Below, in pieces: positions 1 through 11,357 of a DNA stretch of 64,000 nucleotides. Source of the DNA: Phoronis australis (Eukaryota > Animalia > Phoronida). How positions within the stretch are numbered: position 1 is the stretch's first letter; every line of letters starts with the position of its first letter. The notes below the pieces were generated by a model. That model saw only the letters and a program-made list of their open reading frames with translations. It searched no databases and was not told the origin of the DNA. The DNA lies in assembly GCA_002633005.1 (NCBI GenBank), contig NMRA01000804.1, forward strand, positions 74,417 to 138,416, written 5' to 3'. A program made the translations under genes and the position numbers.

Positions 1-142
1 TCAAAATTTGAAAACTTCTGGGCACTTACAACAGTGTAAGAAGAACTTCTGAACTTCAGCTACAAGTGCCTAACTATAATGAGAACTTTGCTCATTGGTC
101 TAGAGCTACTGTTGACTCATGTCTTGTTCACTTCCTGTCTAG

Positions 143-262
143 ACCCATAAGTTATTCAACGAGTTACTTGAATCAATCCTGGACATGCTGAAGAGAGACG
201 TACCAGACAACTGCAAGAACAGTATGCAGTACTTCACTGTATTATCTACCTACGTACATATG
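143..262 (+). CDS. USP24: USP24 exon (THKLFNELLESILDMLKRDVPDNCKNSMQYFTVLSTYVHM)
   Basis: ttcctgtctag acceptor, ATG|gtaagt donor, 120 nt, phase 0/0. Confidence 0.9.
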
Positions 263-3200
263 GTAAGTTATTCAGCCTGCATTATAATACTGTACTATCT
301 ACCTTCGTACATATAGTAAGTTATTCAGCCTGCATTATAATACTGTACTATCTACCTTCGTACATATGGTAAGTTATTCATCCTGCATTATAATACTGTA
401 CTATACACCTTTGTACATATGGTAAGTTATTCAGCCTGCATTATAATACTGTACTATCTACCTTCGTACATATGGTAAGTTATTCAGCCTGCATTATAAT
501 ACTGTACTATATACCTTCGTACATATGGTAAGTTATTCAGCATGCATTATAATACTGTACTATCTATCTCGGTACATTTGGTACGTTATTCATCAGACTA
601 TATTGCAGCCCAATGTTACACATATTGTTAGACATACGCATGTGTTGTGTTACACACCTGTATAGTGGTAGTGAGATGTACAGCATGTAAGTACTAGGGC
701 AAGGAAAATAACATAATTGGTTCTGGCCTGTGTTTTTGTTTTAAAAATTGGTGATCTATTTATTCAGACCAAAATCAGTTTCTATTTATTGGCCTTACTA
801 TATTTTACACCTGTATGTATGTACATATGAATTAAATATATATAGCATATTTTTTTCATATTTTTATTTTGCTCTAGCATGATAATTACAAGTCGTATAA
901 AACAATATACTATACATCGTTTAAGTAACATTAAATCATTACTCAACAAGTACCGTATCTCCTTCAGGATGTAATTTAATAAAGTTAATGAACAAACTTT
1001 TGACTAAATATATATTAATTTTTTGCTAGCATGATCAACAAATTAATATTACAATTTTCCGACTGAATGTTTCCCAGAAAGCCAAAAAACACTGCTATCT
1101 TGTCCACGTGAAAATTTACATGATATGTTTGTTTTAACCAATCAACAAACAGGAGCCAGAAACCGGAGACAAGACAACATTCCCAAAACAGATGGAGAAA
1201 AGTATCACTGTGTTCACCACAGAAAGAGCATAAATCACTTGTTTTTATTTTAATTTTATGTAAATAACTATTAGTTGGCAATATTCTGTGAATTAAGCGG
1301 TATTGAAACCAACACAATTGTGTATCTTTTGTACAATTGAAGGGGAGTTTATTTACTTTTCTCCACCATGTATCAGAGTCACGAAAATTTATTTATAACA
1401 CCGTTTTTATCTATCTCAGATGACCACTTGTTTTTATATATAGCATATTACTATACTTTGCAATGATTCTTTCAACAGGGCCTCTATACTCTAACAGAAT
1501 ATAACCTGTGATGAACTCAATGTCTTCAATACCATGCTTTTTGTGACAGGGTACCAAGGCAGTAACTCACATGTTCCTACACAATGCCTTCCCGCGATTG
1601 GTGGAATTTCTACTGGGCTCATCAGCCAATGGCAGCGACACTCAGGTAATCCTTCGTATGCTGAGCTGTCTTACTTGTAGCAATAGTAATCGGTTTTTGA
1701 ACAGGTTTCATTAAAATACCTTTGATTATAATTACATAATAGACATCATTCCTGTGGGTACACCACTTGTTATGTCTAAATCAAACCTGGAATGTACCAG
1801 GAAAATATTCAGACAACTTCATTCATATTTGTCACATCAGGTAATTGTTATTTTGAATTCTTTATTTACATATGCTATTCCTATCTATGTTTTACTCCAT
1901 TTTAGGCAGTAATCTGATATGACGTTCCCACATTTTGAGAACCAGTTTGATGCTCGATATTCAGGGGAGAAAACTGGGCATATTACATCTGGCTATTACC
2001 CCATTTTAGTTGTGTGCTGTTCTTTTGTTTGAGCAGGAGTCATCTCGTCGGTGGTCATCAGTACAGTCACGGGAGTTTGCTCCCCTGCACAACACGTTGG
2101 CCTTGTTGATACTCAATTGTAATGTGTCGCAACACCATTCAGAGGGTGAGTGATTCCCTGTTAAAGAGCTATTGTGTGCACACATCCCGGGCTCACAACT
2201 AATGTGTCTACTATCTTGGGACACATTACAGTATTTCAGTAGTGAACCCCAGCTAAAGGACCCTCACAGCGTTAATTAGGTCAAACCAAAATCGGGAAGT
2301 TGTCTGTGGTGACTCTTCCACTCAGTGCTTGTTTTTATCATGTGCAATATGGAATGATAGGTCACTGTATTAAAAAATCATGAACCAAAACTCTGGTTTC
2401 ATAGATGGCATTGCATGGGGCCATAAAATATCAGTGTTCCTCTAGTTGTGGGGTGGAGATCATCGGTCGTACTTCTGACGTACTAAATCTTGGTACCAAA
2501 CTTGTTTGAAGTTGCAGGTTTGTTTGTCCTCAGAGTGTTGCATAAACTATACTGTCTACATGGGAAGAGCATTGGTTGATATACAGGGACAACCTTGGTG
2601 TAATCCTTGCATGGAACAGATGTTTGTTTTCTCCCGTTGTCATGACTACCAGGGTGTCATGGGGAGCCTGTTTCCTGAAGAATCTATTTGCATTTTTCTT
2701 TCAACTTTGGAATAAAAATAAGTCTTGGGATGGCTAAACCTGTTTCTTGAAAACAGACAAAGGCTGAAAGTTAGGAAATATGTCTACAACTCAAAGTGAA
2801 AAGACAGAAATCCGTAGTCTGCTAAACAAGACGGAAGACAAAACATAACTTTTTTTGCAGTACAATTTCTGACTTTTAGCTAAAGTCCAACGACAAAAGC
2901 CCCTAGTGTCTCTGAGAAAGAGACCCCTGGTGTTTATTTTTGACATTTCTGTTGATATTTTGATGGGTATGAAAAGTGTTTCAGTGTTGATTAATAATCG
3001 TTTACAGAGCAACGATATAAGTGCATTTGTGTAATCATTTTAATTTTGGTGACCTGTTTCAGCTCTGATAACATCTGACCTGCTTCAAGTGACTGCATAT
3101 CACTTCCTCTAAGTTTGAAACCTTGAAGAAAGTGTGATAAGTAAACTCAAGAACTCGTGTCTTTAGTGTGAAGTGGTTAATTAGTCATCCTGTTGATTTC

Positions 3201-6200
3201 AGATCCCCAGAACTATGCAATCCGTTACCCAGAATGCACCAGTCCCCAGATCTATCTGCGCATGTCTCAGGAGATGGCTGCCATTGTGTTCCATGGACGG
3301 TCTTCCTCTTATGTGAAAGAGGTGAGGGAAAATAATATGCAAAAACAGCGTTCTCGTGGAAAAGTTATCATTTTTTAATTAATTCTTTAATAATGTTAGA
3401 AATAGTGCGCTATAAATGGGAATGAATTTGGAAACATTGGGTATGGTTATACTCTATTCTAGTGTTGTGAACGCATAAAAGTGGCTTTCGTTCGGCACAA
3501 ATCTCAAATTGTGGTGAGCAGGATAGACTAAGTAGACAGGGACAAAAGCCAATGTCATTCATTCATACATATTGCGACATTGGACTTATAATGTGCACAT
3601 CATTTGAATATCCCACTACTATGCAGTGATGATGTGATGGTCACAGTGAACGCCGTTAAATCTAACAGGCCTTAAATCTACATTTAAATCACAGAATTAC
3701 AGTAGTGTAGTTGATGCTGTACATTGTCCACCAAGTACTGTGTCGCCAACTATCCGTAGAGATTATTTTTATGCCGTCATCTGTGTCCGTCACCACCTAG
3801 ACTAGTGGCTCTTTTTGTTATTTTTGAGTCTGTTTTTGACGTCCGCTTCTCAGTCGGCCAAACCACTCTTAGGAATATTAATGAAAATTGAAGTATATCT
3901 TCTTACTGGGAAGAGAACAAGTCATGTTACGATGATTTTTGGACAGTGCCGACTATTGTGGCGTCTTCTAGTAGCAGTTTTGCTTTCTTTGCGTCCGTGG
4001 CTGTATCTCCTAAACCATCTGCAGGATCTGACAAGTGTATTTGTATGAAGGTGACTAGGGATGACGATGGCTTTGTTCCTGATGCGAAGACCCCAGCTGA
4101 CGTTGATTTTTGGATGTTTTTGACTATTCTGGTGCCCTTAGGGACAATCTTGCTTTTTTGCATCTATGGCTGTATCTCGTTAATTCTTTGACGGATCTTT
4201 GTGAAAGTTGGTGGATGGGCACCTATAGTGATGGCAACGGATGACAATGAATTTCAGACCAATAGGACCATAGCTGGGCCCCCTAGGGTCAACTGGTTTT
4301 ACGTTTGCCTCTATATCTTAGGAGTTCCTTGGCTTATTTTCATGAAATTTGTCAAATAGTTGTGTATTACAGAGACAACGCCACCTTCTCAATTCAGATG
4401 GGTTGACATATTCTGCGTCATTTAATGGCTTTTTTATTATTAATACTAAAACACTCATAGAAGCACACTTTGCGGTGCTATCGCGGGCACATTTCAACGC
4501 TCCGCGTTGCTCTTGTACCAATAAGTATGCTGTTTGCCATGTTATGCAACACATTAAAGGAATTTAATAACATGAGTAAAATCAAGTCTAATTGGAATGT
4601 TAAGCACATAATACCAGTCTTATTGGAATGTTTAGCGTGTGGCAACATAATACCAGTCTTTTCACCATGGATGAATTCTCCTATTGTGAAGTGTGCTTAC
4701 AATGTCCTCAATACTGACACTGGCTGCTGTCAGTCAGTCTATGTTGTGTGACCTCTGAACTCTAATCCTTATCCAGGTCATCCATGCCATCCGTGAGATC
4801 GGCAGCCATCTTGATGCCGTGGAGGACATGCTGGTGTATTGCAGTTTCTGCAACTCTAACTTTTCGATGACTGTTCTCAAGCAGATTATGGTAAGGTTGA
4901 CTTGACCCGGTTTAAGTTTGTGGGTAAAAGATTACTCATCCTAGGCTCAAGTGACAGTACAGTGCAGACAAAATGTATCCGGGTCAACGTTTTTGTTTGG
5001 CCTATCAATGATAATGCACTTGTTGTGCGTGGCTGAACTAAAAGAGAAGTTTGAGAAGATTGCAACGTGTTTCCTTTACTACAATTGTAATTTCACGTAT
5101 CAAATTGGGATGATTGGGATAAACTTGGTTCACCTTCATGAGTAGCAGTTGTACATGGACAGCCTCGTCTATATTGTGACATGGCACTTAAAAACATAGC
5201 TTTCACAAAGTGTAAATATTGCCAGCGCTCACGCTACTGAGGTATTTGCATTTTGTTGATTTTTGTTTTCTGGTACATCAAGAGCTTTTGTTAACTGCTG
5301 CATGACAAGAGATAAAGTAGCTATGCAGCATTTTAAAAACTGACTTTTTCTGCGTTTCGTTTCAGCTTCAGTATAGTAACGCCCCCTGTAATGAGCTGAA
5401 GGGAATATTTGCTGTGTTAACCAATTTACTGGTGAGTAGACTGTTAGTTTCAAATTCAGTGCATGTCCTGGAGAACTGTCACCTTGTCCAGTGTGTTGTG
5501 TCTCTTAAGGTTCTTAAGTCATTCTTTGATTTCAAGGGAGATAATCTGTTGCTAGTGTGTACTGGATGTGTGTACGTGATTCTTGTTTATCTTGACTCTT
5601 TTGACATTGGTCGTTTTAGTTGCTCAAAGATCCACTGCAAATGAAGCGCCTGCAGTGTGTCATCGATGGTTATGTGGACGAAAGTGGAACTAACTACGAA
5701 GGAATGTTGTGTAAGTTTGCCGTGTTGATCACTCATTACCACTGGGGACCGCATCTCTTTTAAGTCTCTAAAGCAGGTTTTTCAACTGAACTTTGAAATG
5801 AGACTCAAATATTATTATCTGAGTCGGCGTGTTTGAACAAAAACATTTGATTTGCCTATTGATTTGCATACCAAGTGTAAAATTTTAACATCTTTTTAAA
5901 GAGTGATTTTCCAACTGATCTCACATTTGAAACGTACAATTAATCAGAGTGTTTTAAGATAAAACTTCAGCAGTGACAGATTATTTGAGGAGTGTAACAT
6001 CATATAATCTGTGAATTAGTCCTTAGGGTTAGGGTTCCCACCCTGTCTCTCACCATACCATACTCACCATACTTTTCCTTTCTGCTCGTGTGGTTGAGTA
6101 ATCAGTCACTGACATTTTTTGCTAAAAAACTTAATGGTTTGATCTTTAGGTACGTGCAAAAAGTCTTTATTTAAAATGATGATAACTTCAGATAAAATCT

Positions 6201-8383
6201 TTAAAAACACAATCAGTAATCACTTAGTTACTGAAATTATTTCAACTCACCAACCTGATTCCTCTTCAAAATCTGCTGCCTTTGACCTGTCATTCTACTG
6301 ACCTTTAACCTTCCATTCCAGCTGTAATTAAGGCGTGCCACCAGACAGATAGCAGGCGGTCATACCAGTGTATCAAGCTACTGGTCAGTTTGTCGTCACA
6401 GTGTGCACTGGTCAAGGACTATCTGCTGCAGACTCCTACTAAGTGGCAGTGGGCGGTCAACTGGCTCAAGAAGAAGGTAGGGCGAGCCACTGGCATATAA
6501 CCAACTGTCTAATAGTAGCCGTTTTTATTTACTTTTACCCATCTCAACATCTAGTTGGCAACACAAGTTAACCTATGTGCATTTAAACCTAATTATAGTC
6601 AGTTGATGGGGATGACCCAGGCTAGCAATAGTCTGGTCCCAATTGGGGAGCATCCTCAGGTTGTTGTGAATAAACCAAACAGTTTGTTTGAAAAACGTTT
6701 TGCTTCCAAAGGACAGTAAGTGATGTCTTTGACAAAAAAACAAGTGAGATAATTACATCTTATTGTTCCATTTTTATGCCAATTAGTGCAAGAAGCAGTG
6801 CTAGTCTGATTTATAGTGAGGGCTTTAATTTCACCCACTGTATTTTGCATTAGATGATTATCAACCAATTTAAAGAACTTTTGATGTCAGCCACTCAATG
6901 GTTATAGAGCTGGTATCATCTTTTTGATTACTCGCATTAGAAATGTTTTCTAGGATTTAGAAGACATGACAGTTATTACTTCATCGCAGGTTCATTATAT
7001 AAGTTTTTCTCACAGCTGTCCAAGGAGGATGTCTGCCTCTGAAAATTCATGCTTTTTATTGGAGCTAGTTTCAGTTCAAACGAAAAGTGATGTCGCTTTG
7101 AGAGAGCAGACCTCCTTTTGAAGAAAATTGGTTTTCATGCCAGAATCTGGTTTTTAGCAGTTTTAAGAAATGTTAAGAAACCACCCATGAACCTCGCCAC
7201 ATCCCTACCCATCATTGAAGTAACCTTTGAGCCGTTTTCAGATGACAGAGTACTACGCCCCCCAGGCCAATTCGTCATCCAACGAGGACTCCAGTACTAA
7301 CACCAAACTGTTCCAGAGAACCATCAGCGCACAGGTGACGCTCTATTGATTGTTTTGTCTTCTCAGATGTGACCGCACTGTCTTCAGTCTACTGCATCAC
7401 TTCATAATAGCAAGAATCCAGTCAACAATATTTAATGATTTAAGTTCTCAATGTCACTTTCTAAAGATCAGTGTGGATAGTCGGGTCATGGTAATAGCTG
7501 GATAACTGTGAAGGGGAGTCTCAAGAAGGGGTGTCCCAAGAAGGGGTGTCCCAAAAAGGGACTCCCCACTTAATTATGCCTACATCAGAAAGACATATGA
7601 CTCACTGGTGAAGAAGTCATGAAACTGGACTGAGGTTATGTGCATTTTAAATCATCAACGCTGTTATTTTACACCTGAATAAAACTGACCAGGGGCCCAT
7701 TTCAAGAAACTTGGAATGGGCCCGAGAACTTTATTTAGGATGCGTCCATGGCGACTGACTCAAATTTAGTCACTTTTGTTAGAATGACCTATTCAGCATT
7801 TTGGACACACAATGTTACTGGGGTCCAGTGTCTTGGAACTATGATATACGATTGGATAAAGTTCATCGTAGACTCATGTCTCCATAGTAACGTACCACGA
7901 TTTATTTGCACTGTGGCTGAAACCTTTCACATGCTGTTGATGATGAATGCCCTGGGAAATATTGGGGAAACCCATTTGGATGACCTATTTTTGAAATCCT
8001 GGATGAATGCCTGAATGGGACCCCTGTAATTTGAAGATTAGCAGCAGTTGAATAGTGAGCGTTAGATGTGCCTTTGTCAGAAATGCTGTGGTTCAGTTTG
8101 GAGAAGGTGATTCTGTGTAGGATTTGCGTTTCCTGGTGTTGTTGATGAGTTGTTCCCAGCACCTGATGCTACGGTGGGAATCTTGTGTTTGCAGGATACG
8201 CTCGCTGAGGCCACCGCCATATTGGATGAGTTGGAGACCCAAGAGAATAGTGTGTCTAAGATGGACACCAACGGCAGCGGTGATCACGCGGGCGTGGACG
8301 GGGACACTGGAGAACACAGCATGTCAGTGGACAAAGGCAAGGACGTTGTAGTCAATACTCAGGATGAGGTTGATCAATTGTAA
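143..8383 (+). CDS. USP24: Ubiquitin carboxyl-terminal hydrolase 24-like gene, 3' part (10 coding exons, 5' part outside window)
   Basis: Ten AG/GT-bounded exons join in phase and translate to the USP24 C-terminal region as recalled (DVPDNCKN, RRWSSVQSREF, WQWAVNWLKKKM, FQRTISAQDTLAEATAIL); stop TAA 8381-8383. Confidence 0.93.
236..597 (+). repeat. 53-bp minisatellite, ~6.5 copies, spanning the exon end and splice donor
   Basis: Unit tacatatggtaagttattcagcctgcattataatactgtactatctaccttcg starts at 255, 308, 361, 414, 467, 520, 573. Confidence 0.95.
880..1440 (-). mobile_element. Degraded non-LTR retrotransposon (L1/Tx1-like) ORF2 C-terminal zinc-finger (zf-RVT) fragment in USP24 intron
   Basis: KDTQLCWFQYRLIHRILPTN..CSFCGEHSDTFLHLFWEC..FW..NLLIMLAK motif (ORF 1015-1317); boundaries approximate. 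Confidence 0.85.
1550..1645 (+). CDS. USP24: USP24 exon (GTKAVTHMFLHNAFPRLVEFLLGSSANGSDTQ)
   Basis: ttgtgacag acceptor, CAG|gtaatc donor, 96 nt. Confidence 0.88.
2037..2145 (+). CDS. USP24: USP24 exon (ESSRRWSSVQSREFAPLHNTLALLILNCNVSQHHSE)
   Basis: tttgagcag acceptor, G|gtgagt donor, 109 nt. Confidence 0.9.
3203..3321 (+). CDS. USP24: USP24 exon (DPQNYAIRYPECTSPQIYLRMSQEMAAIVFHGRSSSYVKE)
   Basis: gatttcag acceptor, GAG|gtgagg donor, 119 nt restores phase. Confidence 0.85.
3766..4516 (+). mobile_element. Helentron-associated non-autonomous element (HINE/DINE-1-like), degraded copy
   Basis: Ends tttttatgccgtc ... catttcaacgctccgcgttgctcttgt; reverse complement of the termini and internal unit of 37529-39233. 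Confidence 0.75.
4777..4890 (+). CDS. USP24: USP24 exon (VIHAIREIGSHLDAVEDMLVYCSFCNSNFSMTVLKQIM)
   Basis: ttatccag acceptor, ATG|gtaagg donor, 114 nt. Confidence 0.9.
5366..5431 (+). CDS. USP24: USP24 exon (LQYSNAPCNELKGIFAVLTNLL)
   Basis: cgtttcag acceptor, CTG|gtgagt donor, 66 nt. Confidence 0.87.
5620..5710 (+). CDS. USP24: USP24 exon (LLKDPLQMKRLQCVIDGYVDESGTNYEGML)
   Basis: cgttttag acceptor, T|gtaagt donor, 91 nt. Confidence 0.88.
6322..6476 (+). CDS. USP24: USP24 exon (SVIKACHQTDSRRSYQCIKLLV...WQWAVNWLKKK)
   Basis: cattccag acceptor, AAG|gtaggg donor, 155 nt. Confidence 0.92.
7242..7334 (+). CDS. USP24: USP24 exon (MTEYYAPQANSSSNEDSSTNTKLFQRTISAQ)
   Basis: gttttcag acceptor, CAG|gtgacg donor, 93 nt. 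Confidence 0.92.
7690..8026. mobile_element. MITE, probably PIF/Harbinger-like
   Basis: Terminal inverted repeats caggggcccatttca / tgaatgggacccctg. Confidence 0.55.
8195..8383 (+). CDS. USP24: USP24 terminal coding exon (DTLAEATAILDELE...DEVDQL*)
   Basis: tgtttgcag acceptor; DTLAEATAIL conserved; TAA stop. Confidence 0.92.
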   Translation, partial: DTLAEATAILDELETQENSVSKMDTNGSGDHAGVDGDTGEHSMSVDKGKDVVVNTQDEVDQL

Positions 8384-8776
8384 CACAGTCCATGATTGGC
8401 TGGTTTTGTATGACACAATTCGGCAACACCAATCAAATTTTCTAGCAGTTGTAATGCCACCTGTGGTTGGCTGTTTTTGTATGATGCGCTTCTGCTACTG
8501 CGGTGAAGTTTATTTTTAAGTAATATAAAGATTGGAGTGGTATCCTCATGAGCGACACACCATAGGAGGCGGGGGGGCTATAGCCCCCACTTTTTTCAGT
8601 GCTGCGCTGCCCATTATACTGTGTACTTTTTTGTGTGTAAGGTGTATTTTCTGTGCGTGATACTACCTGGACAGTATTGGGTGCGCAATAATCTGTGGTT
8701 ATACTTTGTATATAATTGCACATGAGATAGTATGGTGGCATTCTGATATAGACTGCTTTATTAACTGCTACTGGTA

Positions 8777-8947
8777 GTGAGTAGTGAAATAGGGGCAGGT
8801 CTGGGCATAGTATAGGGGACTCACTGTATCCAGTGAGTAGTGAAATAGGGGGAGGTTTGGGCGTAGTAGAGAGGGACTCACTGTGTCCAGTGAGTAGTGA
8901 AATAGGGGGAGGTTTGGGCATAGTAGAGGGGACTCGGTGTGTCCCGA
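8777..8947 (+). repeat. 56-57-bp G-rich tandem repeat x3 in presumed USP24 3' UTR
   Basis: Unit gtgagtagtgaaatagggggaggtttgggcatagtagaggggactcactgtgtcca at 8777, 8833, 8890. Confidence 0.9.
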
Positions 8948-9592
8948 GTAAAATTAGTAGTAGCAATAGAAGTAGTAGCTTTAGGACTGAGGAATGTGAT
9001 AATAAATAATTGCATTACACCAAAATGATCCATGATTCTCCGCTATGGTGGCTCAGTGCAAGTGGAATAATGACTGAGTTCAAATAAATTTCACTGTCGT
9101 AGAGGGCAAGATAATGAGTTCTGACCTGCAGGGATGACGAAACACTTTTTTGTTGTTTTGACATGCATTGTAGGCAAATGAAATTTTTTTGCACTTCAGA
9201 ATCAGGCCGGACTTTATAATCATTCTTTTTGTGAACTCTTTGTACCAACGCCTGTGTTTCATTACAAAATTGAGGTTCTCGGAATTCACCACGTGGTGCT
9301 AATTAAACAAATCTTACCCGTCTGTCTGCTCCTATTTAGTTGTTTGGTGAGACGTCCGTTTCGCCAGTGGCCGCATGCTGGTGAACTTTCTGGTGTCACC
9401 GACACTTTGTTGAGTGTGTCAGTGAATGGAATGTAGAGTTGACTGTGGGAGGTATCATGATGTTGACGAGTGATTGACAGCGATCTCATAGCAACCTGTT
9501 ATTTTGAGTAACCAGTTATTGTCAGATAATTCAAGTAGAAATGAGATAAAAGGATAGCGTAGGCAGAATGTGTTCCTTTCTTAGAATCTGGG

Positions 9593-9757
9593 TGCCATTA
9601 GATGGCTAGTATCAATGGTTATGATCATTTCATGCCATTAGATGGCTAGTATCAAATGGTTATGATCATTTCATGCCATTAGATGGCTAGTATCAAATGG
9701 TTATGATCATTTCATGCCATTAGATGGCTAGTATCAAATGGTTATGATCATTTCATG
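9593..9757 (+). repeat. 41-bp tandem repeat x4
   Basis: Unit tgccattagatggctagtatcaaatggttatgatcatttca at 9593, 9633, 9674, 9715. Confidence 0.95.
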
Positions 9758-10460
9758 ACTGTTTCTATTGCTGTATAAATATCACTGTTTTGATATTTGA
9801 TTGTGTATGAGTGACTGTGTCATGTACACAGTGTGACCCCACCCCAAATCCTTTTATGGTGTGACCCCGCCTTCAAATCCTTTTGAAACATGGAAAGCTT
9901 TATTCACCAAAACAAATTAAGTGATTGTGCAAAATAATGTGGTGTCAATCTAGATTGAAATCAAGGTGTTGATCAAATTATGGATTAACCAAGTCTTGCT
10001 TTCCTGTACTTGTCTGTGACGCTGGTTTACAAGATGAGTGAGTTTCAAATAATTTGTCGGACTAATTTTAGACATTTTAAACTCAATATGTCAATGGAGA
10101 TTTCTTGTTAAAATTTCAATCATGGTGAATGCGAGTGGTTACTCCGCTAACTGAACGCGCCAGAGCATCTTTTGTTGGAGCATTCTTGGTGTTATGTTGC
10201 CACGGAAACTCGGGGCTTACACTAGAGGAAGATGAACTTTGTATAGTCCACTCTGAGGCTGTGCCTACAATTTGTACGATTGAAGGTATGGTTTGGCACC
10301 ATGAAATTTCTGCTGCTGTTCACAAATATTCAGTAATGTATTTGTAATGCAAAGATTGTTATTGAAATAATGTACGAGGATACAGATGGAAACTCTAAAG
10401 ACTCCATTATTAATGAATTTTCTGAGAAAGATTTTAGATTTGTCACTCAAGTTACTGGCA

Positions 10461-10466
10461 AATAAA
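10461..10466 (+). terminator. Candidate USP24 polyadenylation signal
   Basis: AATAAA followed by T/GT-rich tract; an earlier AATAAA lies at ~9001. Confidence 0.4.
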
Positions 10467-10601
10467 ACTTTCGACTTTTTTACTGGCTTGGTTCTTATTC
10501 ATATCACGCGTACTTCAAGATTTATTTGTCAACAGTAACCATGGTTATCTGTTAATGCAAACTGAACAAAACATATGGATAAAGAAAGCCGGGTCAGTGT
10601 G

Positions 10602-10656
10602 GTAACTAGATGTAACCACGGTAACTAGATGTAACCACACTAACTAGATGTAACCC
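10602..10656. repeat. 19-bp tandem repeat x3
   Basis: gtaactagatgtaaccac(g/a) repeated. Confidence 0.85.
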
Positions 10657-10787
10657 AGTTAGGCATGTACTACAATTATGCCAGTGTCCACCAAGGAGTT
10701 ACATATCTATGTAAGAAATTCATTCATTTTTTTATCTAGTTTTTCACTTAATTACAAAAACAAAAGTCAACATTTATAGAACACTTA

Positions 10788-10793
10788 TTTATT
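10788..10793 (-). terminator. Candidate arrestin-gene polyadenylation signal
   Basis: AATAAA on minus strand followed by U/GU-rich sequence (ttgacttttgtttttg). Confidence 0.4.
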
Positions 10794-11212
10794 TACTCAT
10801 TTTCAGTTTTCAATAGCAGCACAAACTGACTTCAGTAGACTGTATATATATTATAATCATTTACAGACATGAGCTCCCAAATTGCCTCTTCACAGCACGA
10901 AAAATTGTCTCATATCACAAATTTTCGTTAAACAGGTGCACAGCTATGCATTCTCCAAATAGCAAAGTTACTATGACAAGACGAGTGTAAAACACCTGTG
11001 CTGTGATGGTACATTTTATTTCCAGCTAATCAAATACCAGCACTATCTAAAGATCAAGAGGTCCACAATACCACAATATTTTTGCCCAGTGCCAGCAAAA
11101 AGTACAGAGAAATACTGAGTATGAATATCTTTAGCTCACAACGGTGACGTGTCAGTCGGGGAATACGATAGGTTGCTAATACCATTACAAAGAAAGACAT
11201 TACAAGTGTAAT

Positions 11213-11357
11213 CAGTGGGCCATGCGAGACCCCCCCCACCCCACCCCGCTAAAATTCTTCCAGATTCCATTTGGCAGTCCAGGGGTGTGAATGTCTACAG
11301 GGCAAAATGCTGGCTAATAGTCCGCCCCGTTACTCAAAATCCTGGATACGCCCCCGG
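11213..11357 (-). mobile_element. Short GGCG(G/T)ATCCAG-type MITE-like repeat
   Basis: Reverse-complement homologue of 55444-55586 (atccaggattttgagt..tattagccag..ctgccaaatggaat..aattttag). Confidence 0.65.

Noticed and set aside
3815-4191. Small ORFs with signal-peptide/TM-like look
   Set aside because: Lie inside the non-coding Helentron-type repeat; frames are not preserved in the other copy
8442-8966. 174-aa minus-strand ORF with PKPPPISLLTG repeats
   Set aside because: Antisense to the USP24 3' UTR, driven by the 57-bp repeat, non-ATG start, no recognisable domain
236-9757. Short direct-repeat arrays resembling CRISPR
   Set aside because: Head-to-tail units with no unique spacers, no cas genes, eukaryotic intron/UTR context
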